Assembly: GCF_004376175.1 (NCBI RefSeq)
Contig: NZ_SNUY01000010.1
Span: 12,298-44,297, forward strand
DNA length: 32,000 nucleotides
Origin: Halalkalibacterium halodurans
GTDB taxonomy: Bacteria; Bacillota; Bacilli; Bacillales; Bacillaceae_D
Direction of reading: 5' to 3'
A program made the translations under genes and the position numbers. The notes beneath the pieces are model-generated. The model was not told where the DNA came from, made no database searches, and was given only the letters and a program-made list of their open reading frames with translations. Positions 24,503-32,000 of the stretch are shown one piece after another. Each line of letters starts with the position of its first letter. Within the stretch, counting starts at the first letter, position 1.

Positions 24503-25978
24503 ATGCTTGATGCACAAAATGTAAGTGTTGGCTATGATGAAAAGACACCGATTATTCAGCAACTCTCGTTCCAAGTTCATAAAGGTGAAATTTTCGGTAT
24601 TCTTGGTCCGAACGGGAGTGGGAAAACGACATTGTTGAAGGCTGTGAGCGGCCTGTTGTCACCTTCGGAAGGAACGATCACCCTACAAGGAAAAGCCATT
24701 GCCGATTATCATTCAAAAGAGCTGGCACAAAAAATGGCCGTGCTGCCCCAGACAGCCGACACCACCTTTGCTTATAAAGTAAAAGAGGTGGTCGCTCTCG
24801 GGCGTTATCCCCATCAAAAGGGTTGGCTTGCCTCCGAATCGCAAGAAGATGAACGAGTCATCCGTGAGGCGATGGAGCAAACTGATACGTGGAAGTTTCG
24901 CAATAAGCCGTTACAAACGTTGAGCGGAGGTGAGCGCCAGCGAGCTTTGCTTGCCCGAGCCCTTTGCCAGGAGCCTGATCTCCTTTTGCTTGATGAGCCG
25001 ACCAATCATCTCGATATTTCGCACCAAATGCAGTTACTCGATGCGTTGAAAGACTGGACACGAACGCGCCAGTTGACTGTTGTGGCCATTTTGCACGATT
25101 TGAATATGGCGAGCCTCTATTGTGATCGCGTATTGCTTCTTAATGAGGGACGGATGGTCGATCTTAATAGCCCACGCCAAGTGATGACCGAACACCAGCT
25201 GGCCAACGTTTACGAAACGAAAATTCGCCGCAACGAACACCCGACGATTCCAAGGCCACTCGTCACATTTGAGCCGGCGGCAATAAGAAGCAAACCAAGC
25301 TCCCCTATTTCTGAGCTTGAGGTTTTTACCTCCGAGCAACTAATTAAGGTGACAAGCTCCATAAGGTGGAAAACGTTATCATCTGCTGTATTAGGGGCAG
25401 GGTTCAAATGGCATCAAACGTTTGTGAACAGGCATGTATCAAAAGACTATTATTGTGATGATGTGGAGCGGGAGTTTCAAACGTTTTTATCAAATGTAGG
25501 GGTCGATGGAACCGATGCGTTAGGGATGATGACGGCCGCTATTCTTGAAGATGTTGCCATAACCGAAGCGACTTACGAATCGTTTAAAGTACGAGTGTTT
25601 GTGACGGCCGGAATATCAAATGCAGTGGATCCTGCCAAAGCTCATCTTCGCAAGCGAAATGAGGCAACGGTCGGAACGATCAATACGTGGGTGTTCATTG
25701 AAGGAACACTGCCTGATGCCGCCTATGTCCAAGCGCTGATGACAGCTACAGAAGCAAAAGGGAGAGCGCTTGCGGAGAAGGAGATTCTCGATCCTGTAAC
25801 AGGGACTCTTGCGACGGGTACATCCACTGACAGTGTTATGATCGCAAGTTCACAGACCGGGACGTACTTCCCTTATGCGGGAACAATCACTCCGCTCGGT
25901 CAAGCGATCGGAAAGCTCGTCTACGATGCAACCATTCAAGCGGTGACAGACAATGAAAAGCGGAGGCTTGAACGATGA
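24503..25978 (+). CDS. btuD/cbiZ: Fusion protein: ABC transporter ATPase (BtuD/FecE-like) plus a C-terminal CbiZ-like adenosylcobinamide amidohydrolase domain
   Basis: The N-terminal ~255 aa carry Walker A (GPNGSGKTT), the signature LSGGERQR and Walker B (LLLLDEPT). The C-terminal ~230 aa (LSSAVLGAGF...GTINTWVFIEG...TATEAKGRALAE...ATGTSTDSVMIA) match CbiZ motifs as I recall them. ATG 24503 sits behind the RBS aaggag. Confidence 0.85.
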   Translation: MLDAQNVSVGYDEKTPIIQQLSFQVHKGEIFGILGPNGSGKTTLLKAVSGLLSPSEGTITLQGKAIADYHSKELAQKMAVLPQTADTTFAYKVKEVVALGRYPHQKGWLASESQEDERVIREAMEQTDTWKFRNKPLQTLSGGERQRALLARALCQEPDLLLLDEPTNHLDISHQMQLLDALKDWTRTRQLTVVAILHDLNMASLYCDRVLLLNEGRMVDLNSPRQVMTEHQLANVYETKIRRNEHPTIPRPLVTFEPAAIRSKPSSPISELEVFTSEQLIKVTSSIRWKTLSSAVLGAGFKWHQTFVNRHVSKDYYCDDVEREFQTFLSNVGVDGTDALGMMTAAILEDVAITEATYESFKVRVFVTAGISNAVDPAKAHLRKRNEATVGTINTWVFIEGTLPDAAYVQALMTATEAKGRALAEKEILDPVTGTLATGTSTDSVMIASSQTGTYFPYAGTITPLGQAIGKLVYDATIQAVTDNEKRRLER

Positions 25979-26934
25979 TCGCTTGTCACGTAATCGCGAT
26001 CGTTAGTGCCTTTATTCTTGATAAGTGGCTAGGTGATCCGAAGTGGCTTCCTCATCCTGTCGTCGGAATGGGGAAGTTGATCACTTATTTCGAGAGAAGA
26101 TGGAATTGTGGTAGGTGGAGACGAGAAAAAGGCGTGCTGCTGCTCCTAACGGTTTTATTGATCGTGACAGCTTTATCCCTTGCTCTCGTATGGTTGTCCT
26201 ATCAAGTCCACCTTCTGCTCGGTGTCATAGTAGAAGCTCTATTGATTGCTTCAACGATTGCGGCCAAAGGATTAAAAGAGGCGGCGGAAGAAGTTGCTCG
26301 TCCCTTAACAACCAGAAACTTGTTAGAGGCTAGGCGGAAGCTATCGTATATTGTCGGTCGAGATACTGATCAACTAGATGAGAAAGAGATCGCCCGAGGT
26401 GCGATTGAGACGGTTGCTGAAAACACAAGTGACGGAGTAACGGCCCCCCTTTTTTATGCCTTGATCGGTGGAGCCCCCTTAGCCCTTCTATACCGAGCCA
26501 CGAACACGTGCGACTCGATGGTCGGTTACAAAAATGAGCGCTACCGCGACTTCGGTTGGGCTTCCGCTAAATTTGACGATGTTCTGAACTGGGTTCCGAG
26601 TCGTATCACCGGTGTATTGATGCTTCTTCTTCATCGAAAAAGGCGCCAAGCACCGTTAGGTCAATCTTTAAAGATGCTTGCGAGGGAAGCGAAGAAACAC
26701 CCGAGCCCAAACAGTGGCTGGGGTGAAGCGGCGATGGCGTTGCTCCTCCATGTGACTTTAGGGGGAACGAATACATATCAAGGAATGACCTCGGAGCGGG
26801 CGAAAATGGGATACGGAACAAAGGCGATGACCGCTAAGGACATTGACGAATCGATCGCGATTATGAATCGAACGGTGCTCGGCTTTCTTGTTTTTTTATT
26901 TCTGTTAGGGGGATTCATTTATGCGATTACCTAA
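25975..26934 (+). CDS. cbiB: Adenosylcobinamide-phosphate synthase
   Basis: 319-aa membrane protein. LDKWLGDPKWLPHPVVGMGKLI, GRDT..L and PNSGW are CbiB/CobD-family motifs. There is an ATGA overlap with the upstream gene. Confidence 0.9.
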   Translation: MIACHVIAIVSAFILDKWLGDPKWLPHPVVGMGKLITYFERRWNCGRWRREKGVLLLLTVLLIVTALSLALVWLSYQVHLLLGVIVEALLIASTIAAKGLKEAAEEVARPLTTRNLLEARRKLSYIVGRDTDQLDEKEIARGAIETVAENTSDGVTAPLFYALIGGAPLALLYRATNTCDSMVGYKNERYRDFGWASAKFDDVLNWVPSRITGVLMLLLHRKRRQAPLGQSLKMLAREAKKHPSPNSGWGEAAMALLLHVTLGGTNTYQGMTSERAKMGYGTKAMTAKDIDESIAIMNRTVLGFLVFLFLLGGFIYAIT

Positions 26935-28033
26935 TCATGGCGCTAACCCAAAAACACTCGCTGCCCAAATGGGGACAAGTTTGACTGGGGAGGCCATTGA
27001 TTTTAGTGTCAATACGAACCCGTTCGGCCCGCCCCCACAGTTACTAGCTTACTTGAGGAAACAGCTAGATCAAGGACTGTTTACCCAATACCCAGACCAA
27101 GAGGCAAGCGAGTTAGCCCGTGCGATTGCCATAAAAGAACATGTACCTCCTTCCAGTGTGCTTGTAGCGAATGGAGCCGCGCAAATCATTTATACGATTG
27201 CCCAGCTATGGCATAAGCAGCGAGTGGCCATTGTTGAACCTACGTTTTTAGAGTATGAAGAGGCGTGCTTGGCAAATGATTGTTCGGTCGAACGGATTAT
27301 GCTACCACCTCCATGGTCTCTTGATCTAGACCGTATGACCGCTGTGCTCAAGCGGACAGACCTCCTGTTTATATGCCATCCGAACAATCCAACGGGTGTC
27401 GCCTATCGTAAAGAGCAGCTCATCGAACTGTTAGAGCTTGCAAAGCAGTTTGGAACGACTCTTGTCATTGACGAAGCGTTTTATGATTTTATGGAAGTTC
27501 CGATTACGTTTACCGCTCAAGCGGCTGCAAACGAAGGGATCATCGTCGTTCGTTCGATGACGAAAATGTTTACAATTCCCGGACTAAGGCTTGGATATGC
27601 CATTTCAGCTCCTAGTGTCATAGAAAAGTTGAAAAGCAAAATTCCGCCTTGGAGTGTAAACGGATTGGCGGATAAGGCTGGGCAGTTTTGTTTGCGGGAG
27701 ACAATGTTTGTCCGCGATTCAGCGCAAAGAATTGCTGCAGCCAGGGCAGAGATGCAAGCAGGCTTCCGGCATCTTGGATTTGACGTTTCTCCATCGGTAG
27801 TCAATTTTTTCGTCATATCTGATCCGAGAGAGTCGATTGGGATGCTGGCAATGCTTAAGGGATTACTTGACCGCGGATTTGTCCTTCGCCATACGGAAAA
27901 TTTTCCTGGGCTTGACGGCCGATATCTTCGCGTGGCCGTTAAAGATCAAGATACGAACCGGAAGTTGCTACAGGCAGTAAAAGATTGGGTGGAAGGTGAG
28001 ACGTCATGTTTGTCTTCATTTCAGGAGCGGTGA
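26921..28033 (+). CDS. cobD: L-threonine-O-3-phosphate decarboxylase (class I/II aminotransferase fold)
   Basis: 370-aa with the N-terminal HGANP motif, a PLP-lysine region SMTKMFTIPGLRLGY, and a position between cbiB and cobU. Confidence 0.85.
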   Translation: MRLPNHGANPKTLAAQMGTSLTGEAIDFSVNTNPFGPPPQLLAYLRKQLDQGLFTQYPDQEASELARAIAIKEHVPPSSVLVANGAAQIIYTIAQLWHKQRVAIVEPTFLEYEEACLANDCSVERIMLPPPWSLDLDRMTAVLKRTDLLFICHPNNPTGVAYRKEQLIELLELAKQFGTTLVIDEAFYDFMEVPITFTAQAAANEGIIVVRSMTKMFTIPGLRLGYAISAPSVIEKLKSKIPPWSVNGLADKAGQFCLRETMFVRDSAQRIAAARAEMQAGFRHLGFDVSPSVVNFFVISDPRESIGMLAMLKGLLDRGFVLRHTENFPGLDGRYLRVAVKDQDTNRKLLQAVKDWVEGETSCLSSFQER

Positions 28034-28572
28034 GAAGCGGAAAAAGTAGTTATGCGGAAGCGCGAGCGATCGAATCGATCAGCAAGCAAAGTGGAGGTCA
28101 GCTCTATTATGTCGCCACAAGCACCGTGGCGGACCATGAGATGGCAAGCCGTATTAAACACCATCAACAGCAGAGAGAGCAGGCAGGGGTGCCATGGAAC
28201 GTCATTGAAGCACAGGTTGATATCGGTTCACTTGCGGCAAATTTTGATGAAAGAGATATTGTTCTTATTGATTGCTTAACGACGTTATTAAACAATGAAC
28301 TGTTTCGCACGTTAGATGCAAAGGAGTACTCTTTAGCGAAGGAAAAAGAGCGAACCGTTGCGAAGCTGTCACAGGAATTGGATTTATTTTTGCACGGGAA
28401 CTGGACGACCCTTCTCGTAAGCAATGAGGTCGGTGACGATATCCCATACGAAGATGAATATACGTTAGCCTATCAACATGCTCTAAGTCTCCTTCATCAA
28501 AAGCTCGTTCGTGAAGGAGATGAAGCGGTGCTTGTGGAACATGGCATCCCGCTCGTGAAAAAAGGAGGCTAG
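28006..28572 (+). CDS. cobU: Bifunctional adenosylcobinamide kinase / adenosylcobinamide-phosphate guanylyltransferase
   Basis: 188-aa with the P-loop [15 protein letters not shown], the mid-region [14 protein letters not shown] (the His-containing guanylyl-transfer motif region) and the C-terminal VSNEVG. Confidence 0.9.
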   Translation: MFVFISGAVRSGKSSYAEARAIESISKQSGGQLYYVATSTVADHEMASRIKHHQQQREQAGVPWNVIEAQVDIGSLAANFDERDIVLIDCLTTLLNNELFRTLDAKEYSLAKEKERTVAKLSQELDLFLHGNWTTLLVSNEVGDDIPYEDEYTLAYQHALSLLHQKLVREGDEAVLVEHGIPLVKKGG

Positions 28573-28576
28573 GGTC

Positions 28577-30082
28577 ATGAAAGGTATTATGGTACAAGGA
28601 ACCGCTTCAGATGTTGGTAAGAGCTTAATCTGTACCGCTCTTTGCCGAATTTTCGCGCGGAGAGGTTATAAAGTGACTCCGTTTAAGTCACAAAACATGT
28701 CGAACAATTCGTATATTACCGTTGAAGGATTGGAAATTGGTAGAGCCCAAGGAATTCAGGCCGAAGCTGCGATGGAAGAGGCTAGTGTGTATATGAATCC
28801 GATTTTGCTAAAGCCACGAAACGATCGGGAAGCAGAAATTGTTTGCTTCGGTCAAGCAGTGGATACGGTATCTGGCGTCAAATATCGCGATGGTTTTTAT
28901 AAGCGAGGACTGGAGGCGATCAAGCAAGCGTTAGCCACGTTAAGTCAGTCTTTTGATATGGTTGTAATCGAAGGAGCTGGCTCTCCCGTTGAAGTCAATT
29001 TGAATGACAGAGAGCTTGTGAATATGAAGGTGGCTGAACTAGCGGACGTTCCGGTCATCCTTGTAGCTGATATTGAACGAGGCGGGGTGTTTGCTAGTCT
29101 TTACGGTACATTGGAACTTCTCCAACCGAATGAACGGAAGCGGGTCGTCGGGATCATTGTAAATAAATTTCGTGGTGACCCCGAATTGTTTTCGTCAGGG
29201 GTTCAGTGGATTGAACAGCATTTAGGTGTCCCTGTGCTCGGTGTACTTCCTCACCTGCCTGGGGTTCGGATTGAAGGTGAGGATTCCTTATCAAAGGGAC
29301 AGGTAACCTCGGTTCTTCCTAGAGATCAAAGCATTGATATCGCCGTTCTCGATTTACCTTATCTTTCGAATTATACTGACTTGGAGCCGTTTCGCTATGA
29401 AGAAGATGTGGCGATTCGCTTCGTCTCAAGCGTCGATGCGTTAGGAAGGCCAGATGCAATTATTTTGCCTGGAACGAAGAGCACCTTTCATGACCTGCAG
29501 ATTTTAAAAGAAAAAGGATTTAAAGAGCGTCTTCATGAATATGTAACAACAGACGGTACGGTCGTCGCCATCTGTGGAGGCTTTCAAATGCTCGGCCATC
29601 GGCTTATTGATGTGGCAGGGTCTGATACTGGAATCAAAGGGGCAACAATCGATGGGCTCGGTCTCGCTCCGGTTGAAACGAGATTCGCAGAAAAAAAGAA
29701 AACTGTCCGTTCTTTGGGGCAACTTTTACATCCATTCGGAACGGCAAAAGACATTTACGGGTTTGAAATTCATTTAGGTGAAACGGATATTGTTGATCCG
29801 TCCATTCCTGCTTTTTTACGTGTAGGCAATCATACCGATGGCGTTTATTTACATGAAGGAAGACTAATCGGCACTTATTTCCATCATCTCTTTTTTAATG
29901 ATGACTTTCGCAGCGGATGGCTCAATACACTAAGAAGAAAAAAAGGTTTACGCGAGCGGCCAACCGTCGAGCTAGAAAAATGTAGACGTGCGTCCTACGA
30001 TCAATTAGCGGACGAAGTGGAACGAGTTCTTCATGTGGACAGCTTGCTAGAAAAAATGGAACGGTGGGGCGAAACATCATGA
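28577..30082 (+). CDS. cbiP: Cobyric acid synthase
   Basis: 501-aa. The N-terminus is [22 protein letters not shown]. There is a CobQ/CobB/MinD-type ATPase domain and a C-terminal glutamine amidotransferase domain ([12 protein letters not shown] ... FEIHLG). Confidence 0.92.
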   Translation: MKGIMVQGTASDVGKSLICTALCRIFARRGYKVTPFKSQNMSNNSYITVEGLEIGRAQGIQAEAAMEEASVYMNPILLKPRNDREAEIVCFGQAVDTVSGVKYRDGFYKRGLEAIKQALATLSQSFDMVVIEGAGSPVEVNLNDRELVNMKVAELADVPVILVADIERGGVFASLYGTLELLQPNERKRVVGIIVNKFRGDPELFSSGVQWIEQHLGVPVLGVLPHLPGVRIEGEDSLSKGQVTSVLPRDQSIDIAVLDLPYLSNYTDLEPFRYEEDVAIRFVSSVDALGRPDAIILPGTKSTFHDLQILKEKGFKERLHEYVTTDGTVVAICGGFQMLGHRLIDVAGSDTGIKGATIDGLGLAPVETRFAEKKKTVRSLGQLLHPFGTAKDIYGFEIHLGETDIVDPSIPAFLRVGNHTDGVYLHEGRLIGTYFHHLFFNDDFRSGWLNTLRRKKGLRERPTVELEKCRRASYDQLADEVERVLHVDSLLEKMERWGETS

Positions 30083-30864
30083 AACATGGCCTGAACGGAT
30101 TGCTTTTAGCGTTTCAATTTTTAACGACTGTGCCGATCACGCGGCAGATTCCATGGACTGCACGCTCTGCCCGCTGGTCGATTGTCTGTTATCCCTTAAC
30201 TGGGCTTGTATTAGGTGGTTTGCTAGTAAGCCTTTACCTTTTGCTGTCCCCGTTTCTCTCGCCGTTAGTGCTGGCAGCTCTACTGGTGACACTCTCCATT
30301 TTCTATTCTGGCGGGTTGCACCTCGATGGGTGGATGGACGTGAGTGACGCATTTCTTTCTAGACGAGACCGTGAAACAAAATTGATCATATTAAAAGATT
30401 CCCGTGTCGGCGCATTTGCGGTCATGACAACGATCCTCCTCATCGGCTGGAAGGTACTCCTGCTAATGGAGCTGATCGCTTTGGCTCCCCGTGAATTCAC
30501 GTGGCTGCTTTTGCTCGTGCCCGTTTGTTTGCGTTGGATGATCATCGTCCAGCTTATCTATGGCAAAACGGCCTCCGATCAGGGGATGGCGGCCAGCTTG
30601 CTGCCACATGTAACGACACACGTGAAAAACGCATCGAGAGTATGGTTTCTATTCATTGCTGGAGCTTGTTTTCTCTTGCTGCAAAACGTGATTCTCACCT
30701 TATGCTTCCTGCTGATGATTTGGCTTTTCCCCCTCTTCTGGCTGCGCGTGTGCAAACGGGAAATTGGGGGGATGTCTGGTGATACGATTGGCGCAAGTAT
30801 CGAAGGGGGCGAGCTATTCCTATGGGGCATCATGTGGACATTCTTCTTATCCGTCACAGCCTAA
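30079..30864 (+). CDS. cobS: Adenosylcobinamide-GDP ribazoletransferase (cobalamin synthase)
   Basis: Polytopic membrane protein with FQFLTTVPI and [15 protein letters not shown] motifs. ATG 30079 overlaps the cbiP stop (ATGA); the GTG at 30064 is an alternative. Confidence 0.9.
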   Translation: MKHGLNGLLLAFQFLTTVPITRQIPWTARSARWSIVCYPLTGLVLGGLLVSLYLLLSPFLSPLVLAALLVTLSIFYSGGLHLDGWMDVSDAFLSRRDRETKLIILKDSRVGAFAVMTTILLIGWKVLLLMELIALAPREFTWLLLLVPVCLRWMIIVQLIYGKTASDQGMAASLLPHVTTHVKNASRVWFLFIAGACFLLLQNVILTLCFLLMIWLFPLFWLRVCKREIGGMSGDTIGASIEGGELFLWGIMWTFFLSVTA

Positions 30865-31451
30865 CAGTGTGCAATGAACAGAAGCGATATAATGGATGGA
30901 AGGACGAGCATTTATCTCCGAACGGAAGGGCTGCTGCGCAAATGCTTTCCCAGCGTATGCCACTAGTCGATTGCGTTTGTTCTAGCGATTTAACCCGGGC
31001 TTGTGAAACGGCTTCGATTCTATTTCCAGGTCATGAGATTCAAGCGTTCCCTGAGTTTCGCGAAGTGAATTTTGGGTGTTGGGAAGGAAAACGTTACGAT
31101 GAACTTATGGACGAACCTTCTTATCGCCAATGGCTTGAGGACGCGGAGCAGTTTTATCCGCCTGATGGAGAGACATTGCCCACCTTCTATAAAAGGGTCA
31201 ACCAGGGATGGGAGAAGTTATTACAAGAAGCAAACGCTAGAAAGGCGCATCGGCTCGCAGTTGTTACCCATGCAGGAGTCATTCGCGTGCTGCTCGATAC
31301 GTGGGCAAGGCGTGAGGATGTCACGTTTTGGGATTGGAAAATTCCATTTGGTGTAGGCTATTGGATTTTTGGTACGTATGAAAAAGAAAGGAAGGAATTT
31401 CAGTGCATTTCGTTACAGGAGGAGCATTTCATGGAAAGCACCAATGGGTGA
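30822..31451 (+). CDS. cobC: Alpha-ribazole-5'-phosphate phosphatase (histidine phosphatase family)
   Basis: 209-aa. [25 protein letters not shown] is an RHG-type motif that reads RHS here. A second His motif is VVTHAGVIRVLL. Its position after cobS supports the call. The start is uncertain (ATG 30822 or GTG 30834). Confidence 0.75.
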   Translation: MGHHVDILLIRHSLTVCNEQKRYNGWKDEHLSPNGRAAAQMLSQRMPLVDCVCSSDLTRACETASILFPGHEIQAFPEFREVNFGCWEGKRYDELMDEPSYRQWLEDAEQFYPPDGETLPTFYKRVNQGWEKLLQEANARKAHRLAVVTHAGVIRVLLDTWARREDVTFWDWKIPFGVGYWIFGTYEKERKEFQCISLQEEHFMESTNG

Positions 31452-31825
31452 GAGAGCGCTATAATCTCCAAAGGCGATCGGACTATGTTGTTCATAACGG
31501 ATTTGCAGGTGCAAAAGTTTTACCATCAAGTATTGAAGAAGGAGAGCTTGTCATTGTGACAGGGCTCCATCTGTACATTCGAATGCTGCAAGGGCATGAG
31601 GAGCCGCGAACAGTGTTTAAACATTGGCTTCAAGACGCGATTTCATGGGAAAAAGGGGGAAAGACGGTCGTTCTGATCGGAAATGAGATTGGCAAAGGCA
31701 TTGTGCCTGTAAAACGAGAGGACAGGGAATGGCGTGACCTTGTTGGTTTGTGTTATCAAGATATCGTTCGATTAGCTGAGCGGGTCGATCTCATCTGGTA
31801 CGGCTTGAACCAGCAAATAAAATAA
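31403..31825 (+). CDS. Short CobU-like paralog with a degenerate P-loop and no central catalytic segment
   Basis: 140-aa with a GTG start behind the RBS aaggaagg. Its ends align with the window's own CobU: MHFVTGGAFHGKHQW vs [15 protein letters not shown], and VVLIGNEIGKGIVPV...LIWYGL vs [14 protein letters not shown]...LVEHGI. The ~50 central residues of CobU are missing. Confidence 0.6.
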   Translation: MHFVTGGAFHGKHQWVRERYNLQRRSDYVVHNGFAGAKVLPSSIEEGELVIVTGLHLYIRMLQGHEEPRTVFKHWLQDAISWEKGGKTVVLIGNEIGKGIVPVKREDREWRDLVGLCYQDIVRLAERVDLIWYGLNQQIK

Positions 31826-31839
31826 AGGGGGACTGTCAC

Positions 31840-32000
31840 ATGCGACTTTATACACGAACTGGAGATGAAGGAAAAACAAGTGTGATCGGGGGACGATTAG
31901 CTAAGGATGATACGAGAGTGGTTGCCTATGGAACAACAGATGAATTAAATTCGTTTGTCGGATTGGCCATCACACAGCTGGACGAAAATACATTTGCTGA
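31840..32000 (+). CDS. pduO: PduO-type ATP:cob(I)alamin adenosyltransferase, 5' partial (runs off the window)
   Basis: MRLYTRTGDEGKTSVIGGRLAKDDTRVVAYGTTDELNSFVGLAI matches the N-terminal signature (IYTrtGDkGeTsL...k.d.rveayGt.DELns) of PduO/YvqK-type adenosyltransferases. The RBS aagggggac lies upstream. This ORF is absent from the supplied ORF track because it has no stop in the window. Confidence 0.8.
   Translation, partial: MRLYTRTGDEGKTSVIGGRLAKDDTRVVAYGTTDELNSFVGLAITQLDENTFA

Noticed and set aside
30822-31451. Possibility that cobC and the downstream CobU-like ORF are one frameshifted gene (pseudogene)
   Set aside because: The CobU-like ORF aligns with CobU from its very first residues and has its own RBS. 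CobC has a full-length histidine-phosphatase domain. The 49-nt overlap is more simply two overlapping genes.
1-32000. Search for CRISPR arrays, transposases or integrases, toxin-antitoxin pairs, restriction-modification or other defence modules, and tRNA/rRNA genes
   Set aside because: I saw no repeat-spacer periodicity, no recombinase or nuclease signatures and no tRNA-like cloverleaf sequences. Every long ORF is accounted for by housekeeping, sporulation or cobalamin functions.

Overview
This window looks like a core chromosomal segment of an endospore-forming Bacillaceae genome. Acid-rich lipoprotein linkers hint at an alkaliphilic or halotolerant lineage. All calls come from reading the six-frame translations and the DNA, since no database search was possible.

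Gene order:
- Left end: a DUF309 (YpuF-like) gene, then scpA-scpB.
- About 2.2-10.7 kb: an ~8.4 kb block that, from memory, is not in the Bacillus subtilis 168 arrangement. It holds a DUF2935-like gene, a SodF-like Fe/Mn superoxide dismutase with a long N-terminal extension, a DUF421 gene followed by an alkaline-phosphatase-superfamily lipoprotein gene, a membrane-anchored orphan, and a six-gene spoVA2-type operon (YlaJ/YhcN-like lipoprotein, SpoVAC, SpoVAD, SpoVAEb, DUF1657, DUF421::DUF1657 '2Duf'-like).
- Conserved synteny then resumes: dacB (with a sigma-E-like promoter), spmA, spmB, rluB, resABC, resDE.
- Next come two tandem GNAT genes on the opposite strand and a DUF4349 lipoprotein gene.
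- Right end: a cobalamin riboswitch with terminator, then a tightly packed corrinoid uptake, salvage and nucleotide-loop operon: btuF, btuC, a btuD::cbiZ fusion, cbiB, cobD, cobU, cbiP, cobS, cobC, a short CobU-like paralog with degraded catalytic motifs, and the 5' end of a PduO-type adenosyltransferase.

I found no rRNA, tRNA, CRISPR array, transposase, integrase or recognisable defence system, and I see no compelling wholly new system.

The most unusual items are the non-canonical spoVA2-type operon and its surrounding block, the BtuD::CbiZ fusion, and the truncated CobU-like paralog.
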